Below are positions 40,524 through 49,004 of a stretch of 64,000 nucleotides of DNA, piece by piece; position 1 is the stretch's first letter, and every line of letters begins with the position of its first letter. The position numbers were made by a program, and so were the translations under genes. Source of the stretch: an uncultured delta proteobacterium. GTDB lineage: Bacteria; Myxococcota_A; UBA9160; SZUA-336. The DNA is taken from assembly GCA_963707945.1 (NCBI GenBank), contig CAVPRM010000002.1, forward strand, positions 2,492,340 through 2,556,339, written 5' to 3'. The notes beneath the pieces were generated by a model that worked only from the letters and a program-made list of their open reading frames with translations, was not told where the DNA came from and ran no database searches.

Positions 40524-40595
40524 AGCTGCGGGAGCTGCGCACAGGGCGATCAGCAAGAAGGCAAATCCTGGAAGAGGCCGCTGCACAAACGCCAT
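39012..40595 (-). CDS. Di-haem oxidoreductase, DUF1111 family (paralogue 1)
   Basis: 527 aa. Signal peptide MAFVQRPLPGFAFLLIALCAAPAAA. Two CxxCH motifs (CAGCHG, CTGCHV). Confidence 0.85.
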   Translation of the reverse strand: MAFVQRPLPGFAFLLIALCAAPAAAQLTDRTQAPNTANAGIAKSLTQEIGSGVGDVMTPGSSAFLISRDPARAIRRGRQLFQRKFQVAQGVGPRTQDGVGDLDKVGGLGAGISDSCAGCHGRPRGAAGFGGDVATRPDSRDAPHLFGLGLKEQLADEITADLRAIRARALADAQRTGTSVSARLTSKGISYGTIQANVNGTLDTSGVEGVDPDLRVRPFFAHGGTISIREFVVGALHNEMGLEAVDPLTLAASQGARVVTPGGMVLDGALDRIEAPVALNGTDDHDGDGVVNEIPTALVDYLEFYLLNYFKPATYRTDLSTRTGQAVFRLVGCTGCHVPDLAIDHDRRDADVETVYDTQRGGFNGLFATAALQLTESNDGSGYPTLKTPNKASFVVHNFFSDLKRHDVGPGFYERNYDGTTQTQFMTTPLWGVATTAPYGHDGRSVNLREVILRHGGEAKGSRDRFAALGDVPRALVLEFLGSLVLFPPDDTASNLDPGDPTAPGYPQVAHGSIKLGVLFANPTDPE

Positions 40596-40678
40596 CCCGG
40601 TTCCTCCCGCGCGCTCGGCGCTGAGCGCACTGTGTGCGGGTGGGGCGCAGGAGTCCTTACCGAAGGCTTAGCTCTGGC

Positions 40679-43600
40679 TTAGTTCTCGGACGCGAGCGAG
40701 CGGCGACCCTCCGCGCTGCCGCCGCGCCGCTGGGTCCAGAGCGCCGACTCGACGGCACGCGCATCCGCCGCTACCGCGGTCCAGCCGGCGACGCGGGCGG
40801 CCTCGGAAGCCGCGGTCGCGAGCGTCGCTGCAAGCGGCCGATCGCCGGGCCGTGCGCGGCCGAGTAGCGCGTTGGCGCAGGCAATCCGCGTCCGGGCTTC
40901 CCAGAGGCGCGCGCCCGCGCGCGCTTCGGCAGCCAGCGCCTGCTCGAAGTGCACGACCGCGGGGTCCCAGCGCGAGCGCGCGATGTCGAGCAGTCCGAGG
41001 TGATGGTGAACGGGGCCGTAGTAGACCAAGCCGCCTCCGCCGACCACGCTCAGGTGGGCGCATGGCGCGAGGAGCGTCGCCAGCAGCTCCGACCCGCGCA
41101 AATCGCCGGTAGCGAGCGCGACCTCGCAGGCCAGCGCGAGCGTCATCACCCAGCCGCGGTCGCGGGAACCGTCCGCGAAACCCGCGCGCGACAGCAGACC
41201 GAGCTCCTCGCGCGCCTCCGCACTCCGGCCTGCAGCGACGAGGAGTCGCGCCAGACCCGCGTGCCACGCCAGCATTCGCGGAAAGCGGCGCGCCTGCTCT
41301 CGCGCGCTCGGCTCGATCTCGGCGGCCCTTCCCTGCTCGAGGCGCAGGTACGCGAGCTGGAGCGGGAGCTGGATCGAGACATAGTTCTCGTCGAGTCGCT
41401 CGCCGAGCTGGATCGCCACGTGCACGTCCCGCTCGGCGGCGTCGAGATCGCCGTCGACGAGCGCCCGCATCGCGCGAAGCACGGTGTGCTGCCAGCGCGC
41501 ATTTGGCGTGCGGAGGATGCTCGCTGTGTGCTCGCAGGCGCGGAGCTCGCGATCAGTAGCTGCGATGTCGCCCAGCTCGAGATGGCTCGCGACGCCGCTG
41601 CGCTGCGCCAGCAGGACGAGCTCGAAGTCGCCGGCGGCGCGAGCGGCGCGCACGATCTCGCGGTTGAGAGCGATCGCGACCGCGGGATCCTCGGGTGTCC
41701 AGCGCACGTACAAGGCGTCCTCGATGGTCCGCGCGAGCACGGAGGGGTTGCCGAGCCGCCTCGCGTCCTCGACGGCCGCCTCGACGAGCGCGACCCCGCG
41801 GGCCGGGTCGATGTCGCGCAGCTCGGCGCCCAGGCGTGACTGCAGCCGGATGCGCAGCGCGCGCTCCGCGGTTGGGACGGCTCGCTCCGCCTCTTCCAGC
41901 ACCTCGACCCACCTCGGATCGCCGTAGCTCGCCACTTGCGGTTCTTGTGCGAGCCCGAGCGCAGCTCGCGCCAGAAGGTCTCCGCGGCCGAGAGACCGCG
42001 CGTGCTCCGCAGCGAGGTGGTAGCTGGCGCGTCCGCGGTCGAGCCCGAGGGTCCGCACCTGCGCGTCTCCCAGTGACAGCAAGAGCTCGGTTACGAGCGC
42101 CGGATCGGCGCCTGGCGCGAGCTCGAGCGTCGCCAGGGCGCGACCGTACCACTCGGCAGCGCGCTCGAAGTCGTACAGGCGGGCAGCGTCGTCGCCGGCT
42201 GCTCGTGCGAGAGCGGCCGCATGTCCGGGCACGACGAGCGGCGCCGCTTCGCACGCATGGTGGGCGCGCTCGGCGATCGCATCGGCGGAGGAGTCCTCCG
42301 CTGGCAGCGCCGCCGCGATGCGCGCGTGCAGTGCGCGGCGGCCCGCGCCGGCCGGCACCAGCTCGTCGTAGAGCGTGTTGCGTACGAGCGCATGCGCGAA
42401 GCGAAGTCGCAGCGCTGAGGACCCGGCCGCGCTGAGCAGCGCGGCGTCTTCCAGCTCGCGCAGCCTCGCGTCGAGGTCGGGGGAGTCGGGCTGGCACCGA
42501 ACCAGGAGGTCACGCTCGATCTCGACGCCGATTGCCGCCGCGCAGCGGAGCGCATCGGCGGCGCCCGCAGAGAGTCGCCGGAGCTTCGGACTGAGGAGAT
42601 GCACGATCCCGCGCGGTAGCAGCGCTTCCCACTCCTTCGCTTCGCGCGTCTCTCCGAGCAGGCCGCGAGCTTCGAGTGAGCGCAAGCTCTCGCCGAGCAG
42701 CAACGGGTTGCCGCTGGTCAGCCGCTCGAGCGCGTGAATCAGGGCAGGGTCCGGCTCGGCGCCGTGCTGCGCGCGCACGAATTCGTGGATCTCTTCGCCG
42801 CACAGGCCGGCCAGCGGCCAGCGCTCGAGCACGCGCAGCCGCAGCAGCCGCTCCAGCGCGCGCGCAGCCTGCGGCGCGCGCGTTGCCTCGTCTTCGCGGC
42901 ACGTCGCCACGATTGCGATGGGCACCGTGCCGAGCGTCTCTCCGACGAACTCGAGCAGCGCGAGTGATTCGGCACCGGCAACGTGCAGATCGTCCAGGAA
43001 CAGCGCCAGCGGGCGCGACGCGGCGCAACAGACGAGCAACGCCTGCACGGCCTCGAAGAGCTCCGCCCGAGCCGACAGCTCTCGACCTGACGTCGAGCGC
43101 GGAGAAACCCCGACCCCGCCGAGCTCGGGCATGAGCGGCGAGAGCGCGGTTCGTTGGGCGAGAGAGAGGCGTGTGACCCCGTCCGGCACGACCTGCGCCA
43201 GGCCGCGCAGGGTACGCGTCCAGCTCCAGTACGCCGGAGCGTCGGCTTCGGCTCCCCAGGCCGTTGCAACTGCCGCCCCCGCGCGCCGCGCGCGCTCGGC
43301 GAGAACTTCGGCCGTGCGTGTCTTGCCGATGCCGGCCTCTCCGGCAAGGAACAGAATTCGGCCACGGCCAGAGAGCGCCGCGGCGAGCGTCTCCGAAACG
43401 CGGGCGAGCAGATCAGCACGCCCGACGTAGCGCTCGGTCGAAGGGTCTCCGGCGACCGCAGCGTCGCGCACGCGCACAGGCTGTGCAAAGCGGTACCCGC
43501 GACGCGCAACCGTGGCAATCACGGCGGATCGGCCGCCATGATCTCCGACCGCCCGCCGTGCCAGGCTGACCGCGCGGGCAATCGAGCCGTCGGTCACCAC

Positions 43601-43774
43601 CGAGTCGGGCCAGACGCTCTCCAAGATCTCGCGCTTGGAAACCACTCGATCGCGGTGGCGGACGAGATGGAACAGGAGCTCGAGTACCTTCGGCTGGAGC
43701 AGGACCGCTGTGCCGCCCTGGCGCAGCTCGAACAGTTCCTCGTCGAGCTCGAGCTCGCCGAAGCAGAAGATCAT
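40679..43774 (-). CDS. STAND-type regulator: OmpR/PhoB-type winged-helix DNA-binding domain + AAA(+)/NACHT-like ATPase + TPR-like repeats
   Basis: Start at MIFCFGELELDEELFELRQGG (residue 11 of the ORF). Contains YRF winged helix, Walker A GEAGIGKT and a long helical-repeat C-terminus. Confidence 0.85.
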   Translation of the reverse strand: MIFCFGELELDEELFELRQGGTAVLLQPKVLELLFHLVRHRDRVVSKREILESVWPDSVVTDGSIARAVSLARRAVGDHGGRSAVIATVARRGYRFAQPVRVRDAAVAGDPSTERYVGRADLLARVSETLAAALSGRGRILFLAGEAGIGKTRTAEVLAERARRAGAAVATAWGAEADAPAYWSWTRTLRGLAQVVPDGVTRLSLAQRTALSPLMPELGGVGVSPRSTSGRELSARAELFEAVQALLVCCAASRPLALFLDDLHVAGAESLALLEFVGETLGTVPIAIVATCREDEATRAPQAARALERLLRLRVLERWPLAGLCGEEIHEFVRAQHGAEPDPALIHALERLTSGNPLLLGESLRSLEARGLLGETREAKEWEALLPRGIVHLLSPKLRRLSAGAADALRCAAAIGVEIERDLLVRCQPDSPDLDARLRELEDAALLSAAGSSALRLRFAHALVRNTLYDELVPAGAGRRALHARIAAALPAEDSSADAIAERAHHACEAAPLVVPGHAAALARAAGDDAARLYDFERAAEWYGRALATLELAPGADPALVTELLLSLGDAQVRTLGLDRGRASYHLAAEHARSLGRGDLLARAALGLAQEPQVASYGDPRWVEVLEEAERAVPTAERALRIRLQSRLGAELRDIDPARGVALVEAAVEDARRLGNPSVLARTIEDALYVRWTPEDPAVAIALNREIVRAARAAGDFELVLLAQRSGVASHLELGDIAATDRELRACEHTASILRTPNARWQHTVLRAMRALVDGDLDAAERDVHVAIQLGERLDENYVSIQLPLQLAYLRLEQGRAAEIEPSAREQARRFPRMLAWHAGLARLLVAAGRSAEAREELGLLSRAGFADGSRDRGWVMTLALACEVALATGDLRGSELLATLLAPCAHLSVVGGGGLVYYGPVHHHLGLLDIARSRWDPAVVHFEQALAAEARAGARLWEARTRIACANALLGRARPGDRPLAATLATAASEAARVAGWTAVAADARAVESALWTQRRGGSAEGRRSLASEN

Positions 43775-43880
43775 CCAGCCGCCGCTCCTGTCGTAGGCTC
43801 TCATGGGCCCTACGGGCCGTCAACGAGGGTGGGCACTTCTCAGTGCGCGAACGCCACTGCAGGTCGAGATCGGAAGGCTC

Positions 43881-44378
43881 GGCCTCGGGCGAGCGCGACT
43901 TCCTTCGCCCAGCGGTAGTCGGGCTTGCCGGACGAGGAACCTTGTAGCCGGCGATCTTGCTGCGGCAGTGTGCCTGCACGGAGTCGAGCGTGGGAGCGCG
44001 GTCCGCGCGCGGCTCGACGACGGCGACCACGCGCGAGCCCCAGCGCTCGTCGGGCACGCCGACCACGATCGCGTCGAAGCAGTCGGGGTGCGACTTGATC
44101 GCGGCTTCGACCTCTTCGGGAAAGATCTTCTCGCCGCCCGAGTTGATCGACACCGAGCCGCGCCGAAGCAAGGGGATCGTGCCGTCCGCCCCGAGCGTCG
44201 CGAAGTCGCCGGGGATCGACCAGCGCTTGCCGCGCTTGTCGACGACGAACACCTCCGCCGACTTCGCCGGGTCCTTGTAGTAGCCGACCGGCACGTTGCC
44301 GCCGCGCGCGAGCTTGCCGATCGCGCCGCTCCCGGGGACGACCGGCTCGAGGTTCTCGTCGAGCACCGTCGAGTCGAC
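43881..44378 (-). pseudogene. Relic 3' fragment of an acyl-CoA synthetase gene (copy of 46264..about 46800), no start, no stop, internal deletion
   Basis: Single frame VDSTVLDENLEPVVPGSGAIGKLARGGNVPVGYYKDPAKSAEVFVVDKRGKRWSIPGDFATLGADGTIPLLRRGSVSINSGGEKIFPEEVEAAIKSHPDCFDAIVVGVPDERWGSRVVAVVEPRADRAPTLDSVQAHCRSKIAGYKVPR. About 37 nt is then missing relative to the full copy. Confidence 0.75.
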
Positions 44379-44476
44379 CGGCGCCCCGCCAGCAAGCGCA
44401 GGGCTACGGTTCCCGCCCGCAGGGCGGCGGCCGCGGCCGGCGTAGCGGCGGCGGCCGGCGCTCCTACGGGCGGTAG
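44379..44476 (+). pseudogene. 98-nt relic of the DEAD-box helicase 3' end (copy of 38884..38981), fused to the synthetase fragment
   Basis: cggcgccccgccagcaagcgcagggctacggttcccgcccgcagggcggcggccgcggccggcgtagcggcggcggccggcgctcctacgggcggtag matches the helicase tail including its stop. Confidence 0.75.
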
Positions 44477-46015
44477 CTCCGGACCTCGAGCTCGGCGGCT
44501 GGTTCACTCTGGATCGGTTGGATCCACGAACAAGACGCCGAGCTTGATGCTCCCGTGCCCGTTCTGCGGGTAGCCCGGCGCCGCAGCGTCGCCCGGGTCG
44601 AGGTTCGACGCGGTGTCGTCCGGCGGGAACAACACGAGCGAGTTCAGGAACTCGAGCACGTAGCCGCGGTCGCGGTCGCCGAGCGCCGCGAACGCGTCGC
44701 GCGCGCGCTTCGCCTCGCCGCCGTGGCGCAGGATCACTTCGCGCAGGTTTATGCTGCGTCCGTCGTGACCGTACGGCGCCGTCGAGCCCACGCCCCACAG
44801 CGGCGTGGTCACGAACTGCGTCTGGGTCGTGCCGTCGTAGTTGCGCTCGTGGAAGTTCGGCCCCAGGTCGTGGCGCTTCAGGTCCGAGAAGAAGTTGCGC
44901 ACCACGAATGGACCCTTCTTCGGGTTCTTCAGCGTCGGGAAGCCCGAGCCGTCATCCGACTCCTTGAACTGCAGCGCGGCCGTCGCGAACAGTCCGTTGA
45001 AGCGGCCGCGCTGTGCGTCGTAGACGGTCTCCACGTCCGCGTCGCGCCGATCGCGCGCGATGGTGAGCTCCGGCACGTGACAGCCGGTGCAGCCGAGCGA
45101 GCGGAACTTGTCGGCGCCCGTGCGCGTGGTCTTGCTGCTCCTGTAGGTCGCGGGCTTGAAGTAGTTCAGGAGATAGAACTCGAAGTAGTCGACCAGCGCC
45201 GTCGGGATCTCGTTCACCTTGCCGTCGCGGTCATGGTCGTCCGTCTCGTTCTGCACGGTCGGTGCCTCGACCTTGTCGAGCGCGCCGTCGAGCACCATCC
45301 CGCCTGGCGTCACCACCCGAGCGCCCTTCGACGCGGCGAGGGTGAGAGGATCCACCGCCTCGAGACCCATCTCGTTCACGAGCGCTCCGACCACGAACTC
45401 GCGGATCGAGATCGTGCCACCGTGCGCGAAAAACGGGCGCACCCGGAGGTCCGGGTCCACGCCTTGCACGCTGCTGGTGTCGACCGTGCCGTTCGCGCTG
45501 GCACGGATCGAGCCGTAGGAGATCCCCTTGCTGGTGAGCCGAACTTCGACGCTGCGCCCCGAACGTCGGGCGTCGGCCAGCACCTTCGCGCGGATCGCGC
45601 GCAGGTCTGCCGTGATCTCGTCGGCGAGCTGCTCCTTCAGCCCCAGGCCGAACAGGTGCGGGGCGTCGCGGCTGTCGGGCCGCGTGACCACGTCGCCGCC
45701 GAACCCCGCGGAGCCGCGCGGGCGCCCGTGGCAGCCCGAGCAGCTGTCGGATATTCCGGCGCCCAAGCCGCCGACCTTGTCCAGATCGCCGACGCCGTCC
45801 TGTGTACGCGGACCGAGACCCTGGGTGATCCTGAACTTGCGCTGGAACAGCTGCCGTCCTCGCCGGATCGCCCGCGCGGGGTCACGTTGGATCAGGAACG
45901 TAGACGAGCCCGGCGTCATCGCGTCCCCCACGCCCGGCCCGATCTCCTGCGCGAGCGACTTGGCGATCCCTGCGCCCAGAGTGTTGGGCGCCTCCGTTCG
46001 ATCCGTCAGTTGTGC
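44379..46015. repeat. Segmental duplication, copy 2
   Basis: See copy 1. The spacer between the helicase stop and the DUF1111 stop is 27 nt here and 30 nt in copy 1. Confidence 0.8.
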
Positions 46016-46099
46016 CTCAGCGATACACGCTAGTCCCATCGAGAGCGTCGCGAGCGCTGCTGCCACGCAGCGCACGGACGCAGGTGTTGTGAACTGCAA
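44504..46099 (-). CDS. Di-haem oxidoreductase, DUF1111 family (paralogue 2)
   Basis: Intact ORF with CSGCHG and CTGCHV. The signal peptide differs from paralogue 1 (..VRCVAAALATLSMGLACIAEA). Start is TTG 46099 (GGAGGAGGG upstream) or GTG 46075. Confidence 0.85.
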   Translation of the reverse strand: MQFTTPASVRCVAAALATLSMGLACIAEAQLTDRTEAPNTLGAGIAKSLAQEIGPGVGDAMTPGSSTFLIQRDPARAIRRGRQLFQRKFRITQGLGPRTQDGVGDLDKVGGLGAGISDSCSGCHGRPRGSAGFGGDVVTRPDSRDAPHLFGLGLKEQLADEITADLRAIRAKVLADARRSGRSVEVRLTSKGISYGSIRASANGTVDTSSVQGVDPDLRVRPFFAHGGTISIREFVVGALVNEMGLEAVDPLTLAASKGARVVTPGGMVLDGALDKVEAPTVQNETDDHDRDGKVNEIPTALVDYFEFYLLNYFKPATYRSSKTTRTGADKFRSLGCTGCHVPELTIARDRRDADVETVYDAQRGRFNGLFATAALQFKESDDGSGFPTLKNPKKGPFVVRNFFSDLKRHDLGPNFHERNYDGTTQTQFVTTPLWGVGSTAPYGHDGRSINLREVILRHGGEAKRARDAFAALGDRDRGYVLEFLNSLVLFPPDDTASNLDPGDAAAPGYPQNGHGSIKLGVLFVDPTDPE

Positions 46100-46263
46100 C
46101 GCTGGCCCTCCTCCGGAAACCCATGAGTCGAGCCTGCGCGCGGCTTGAACACCGTGCAAGGTACGGAGATCACACTTCGCAAACGCGCGCAGATCTCACA
46201 GCGCGGCGAAGACGCTGTTCAGAATCAGCCGCCCGCCGTCGGGAGTTGCGCTCTCGCTGCCCC

Positions 46264-47885
46264 TCAGGCCCGGGCGAGCGCGACTTCCTTCGCCCACCGG
46301 TAGTCGGGCTTGCCCGACGGCGAGCGCTCGACCTTCGCGACGAGGTGCAGCTCGCGCGGGACCTTGTAGCCCGCGATCTTGCTGCGGCAGTGCGCCTGGA
46401 CCGCGTCGAGGGTGGGCGTACGGTCGGCACGCGGCTCGACGACCGCGACGACGCGCGAGCCCCAGCGCTCGTCGGGCACGCCGACCACGACCGCGTCGAA
46501 GCAGTCGGGGTGCGACTTGATCGCCGCCTCGACCTCTTCGGGGAAGATCTTCTCGCCGCCCGAGTTGATCGACACCGAGCCGCGGCCCGAGCAAGCGTGA
46601 TCGTGCCGTCGGCCTCGAGCGTCGCGAAGTCGCCGGGGATCGACCAGCGCTTGCCGCGCTTGTCGATGACGAACATCTCGGCCGACTTCTCCGGGTCCTT
46701 GTAGTAGCCGACCGGCATGTTGCCGCCGCGCGCGAGCTTGCCGATCACGCCGCTCCCGGGCACGACCGGCTCGAGGTTCTCGTCGAGCACCGTCGAGTCG
46801 ACCCCCGCGCGCACCGTCGGGCCGCCGCCCTTCATGGCGGTCCTGCCCTTCTGCACGAACGCGACCCCGTTCGCGCCGCCCTCCGACGAGCCGACCGCGT
46901 CGGTCATGATCAGGTTCGGGAACAGGCGGAAGAAGTCGTCCTTCACGGTCGGCGAGAACACGGCCGCGGTGCTCGCAACGCGACGAGCGACGACAGGTCG
47001 TACTCGGCGCCGGGCTCCTGCAGCGCCTCGACGAGCGGCCGACCCATCGCGTCGCCGGTGATCATCATCGCGTTCACCCGCTCGCGCTCGACCAGCCGCC
47101 AGACGTTCTTCGGGTCGAACTTCGCGACCAGCACGGTCTTGCGGCCGACGAAGCTCCCGCCCATGACCGCCCCACTGCGTGGCGCCGTGCATGAGCGGCG
47201 CGATCGGGAGCATGGTCTGCGGCGCCGGCGCGGCCGCGCTCGACCATGTCCTCGGGGCGTCTGCGCGCGGTTGCCCGTGAGCGACGTCGATGCCGCCGCC
47301 CAGGGTCATCAGCACGTCCTCGTGCCGCCAGACCACGCCCTTCGGCATGCCGGTGGTGCCGCCCGTGTAGAGGATGTAGCGGTCGTCGGCCGAGCGCTTG
47401 CTCGAAGTCGCGCACCGGCGAGCCGGAGCGCCAGCGCCTGCTCGTAGTCGAACGAGTCGAGACCGGCGGTGTCGGCGTCGCTCGCGTCCTCGATCACCAG
47501 CGAGAAGCGCAGCCCGGGCAAGGCGTCGCGCACGCCGCGCGACGCGCGGCGCGAACTCGCGCTGGTAGATCAGAGCCCGACGAGGTCCGCGTTGCCGAAC
47601 AGGTAGCGCAGCTCGTCCTCGACGTAGCGGTAGTTGATGTTGATCCAGACGGCGCGGATCTTGAAGATCGCCCAGAGCGCCTCGACCCACTCGACGGAGT
47701 TGTAGGCGTAGATGCCGACGTGCTCGCCGGGACGCACGCCCTGCGCCAGCGAGGAAGTGCGCGAGCCGGTTCGCCCGCGCGTCCATCTGCGCGTACGTGC
47801 GCCGCGCGCCCTCGGCGACCAGGCACTCGCGCTCCGGGAACTGGTCGGCCGCGTGCTCGAAGAGATCCGCGAGATTGAACTCCAT
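46264..47885 (-). pseudogene. Acyl-CoA synthetase (FadD/AMP-binding) riddled with frameshifts
   Basis: Family-typical segments alternate between all three frames: MEFNLADLFEHAADQFPERECLVAEG.. / VRPGEHVGIYAYNSVEWVEALWAIFKIRAVWININYRYVEDELRYLF / IYQREFAPRVA / VRDALPGLRFSLVIED.. / RSADDRYILYTGGTTGMPKGVVWRHEDV / AVMGGSFVGRKTVLVAKFDPKNVWRLVERERVNAMMITGDAMGRPL / ASTAAVFSPTVKDDFF...GTITL / SVSINSGGEKIFPEEVE...SGKPDYRWAKEVALARA*. Confidence 0.8.
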
Positions 47886-48033
47886 CGGCGCAGTCTAACC
47901 GTTGCAGCGCTGCCGCGTCTTCGCTGCGTTGACGCGGCTCGGTGTCGGAGCGAGGCTTTGGGTCGCGCGAGGCATGATGCCCGCGCGTGAGACCCGCGGG
48001 GCGCGAATCGCCCCCGCGAGAGGAGATGAAGAG

Positions 48034-48525
48034 ATGAGACGCCATCACTGGCACTCCCGGCACCGCACTGGCTGCTGGGATTTCGGCCGCTCGTTCGCGT
48101 TCGAGGGCGCAGCGACCGATGACGGACCCCGCGGAGCCGAGTTCTACTTCTCGGCCGGCCGCGGCGACGACGAGCTCGGCTCGGCCGGCCTCGGCGTGCG
48201 CCGCCCGCTCCGCTTCCTGGCCTGGAAGCTCGACCTGACCCCCGAGCAGCTCGCCGCCACGGCGCGCATCCTCGAGCGGCTGAAGATCGAGCGCGCGCAG
48301 GCCGAGGTGGAGCACCGCCGCAGCGCGGCCGCGCTGGCCGACGCGCTCGAGGGCGACGCCTTCGACGGCGCAGCCGCCTCGGTCGCCGCGGACCACCGCG
48401 CCGACTCGGCGCGCTCGGTGCAGAAGGCGGTCGCCACCGCGCTCGCCGACCTGCACGCGGCCCTCCAGGCCGACCAGCGCCGCCGCCTGGCGATGCTGAT
48501 CCGCACCCGCCAGATCACGTTCTGA
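48034..48525 (+). CDS. LTXXQ-motif (CpxP/Spy-like) protein with His-rich N-terminus
   Basis: ATG 48034 after GAGAGGAG. MRRHHWHSRHR..., LDLTPEQLAATARILERLK. Helical, with no obvious signal peptide. Confidence 0.55.
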   Translation: MRRHHWHSRHRTGCWDFGRSFAFEGAATDDGPRGAEFYFSAGRGDDELGSAGLGVRRPLRFLAWKLDLTPEQLAATARILERLKIERAQAEVEHRRSAAALADALEGDAFDGAAASVAADHRADSARSVQKAVATALADLHAALQADQRRRLAMLIRTRQITF

Positions 48526-48562
48526 GTGGGACCCGGGGCGCGGGCGGCCGCGCCCCACCCAC
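48526..48562 (+). terminator. GC-rich hairpin immediately after the stop at 48525
   Basis: gtggg-accc-GGGGCGCG-ggcggc-CGCGCCCC-a-cccac. An 8-bp perfect stem extended by 5 bp, with no U-tract. Confidence 0.4.
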
Positions 48563-48665
48563 TCTCCGCTCGCTTCGCTCGCTGCGCGCTCGGCGCAGCC
48601 GAGCTTGCGAATCGCAACGCAATCTCCGCGACACCCGGTCGGCGCATCGCTGATAAGATCGGCGC

Positions 48666-49004
48666 ATGTACAAGCTGATCTTCGGCGCGAAGCGCCGGCC
48701 GGGAATGTCGCGCGAAGAGTTCGGAACGTATTGGACGACGATCCACGCGGACAAGGCGAAGAAGGTCCCCGGCATCGCGCGCTACGTGATCAACCTCGCG
48801 CCCGACATCTCCGACAGCGGCGACGAGCAGGCCTACGACGGCTTCGCCGAAGTCTGGTTCGAGAGCGAGGCCGCGATGCGCGAGTCCGCGCGTTCGCCCG
48901 AGGTCGCGCTGGTGCTCGAGGACGAGAAGAACCTCTTTGATTTGCCGACCCGGTTCTCGGTGATCGTCACGGAGCACGTCATGATCGACGGTGGGGTGGA
49001 CTAG
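48666..49004 (+). CDS. EthD-family protein
   Basis: 112 aa. MYKLIFGAKRRPGMSREEFGTYWTTIHADKAKKVPGIARYVINL...YDGFAEVWFES. Confidence 0.8.
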   Translation: MYKLIFGAKRRPGMSREEFGTYWTTIHADKAKKVPGIARYVINLAPDISDSGDEQAYDGFAEVWFESEAAMRESARSPEVALVLEDEKNLFDLPTRFSVIVTEHVMIDGGVD

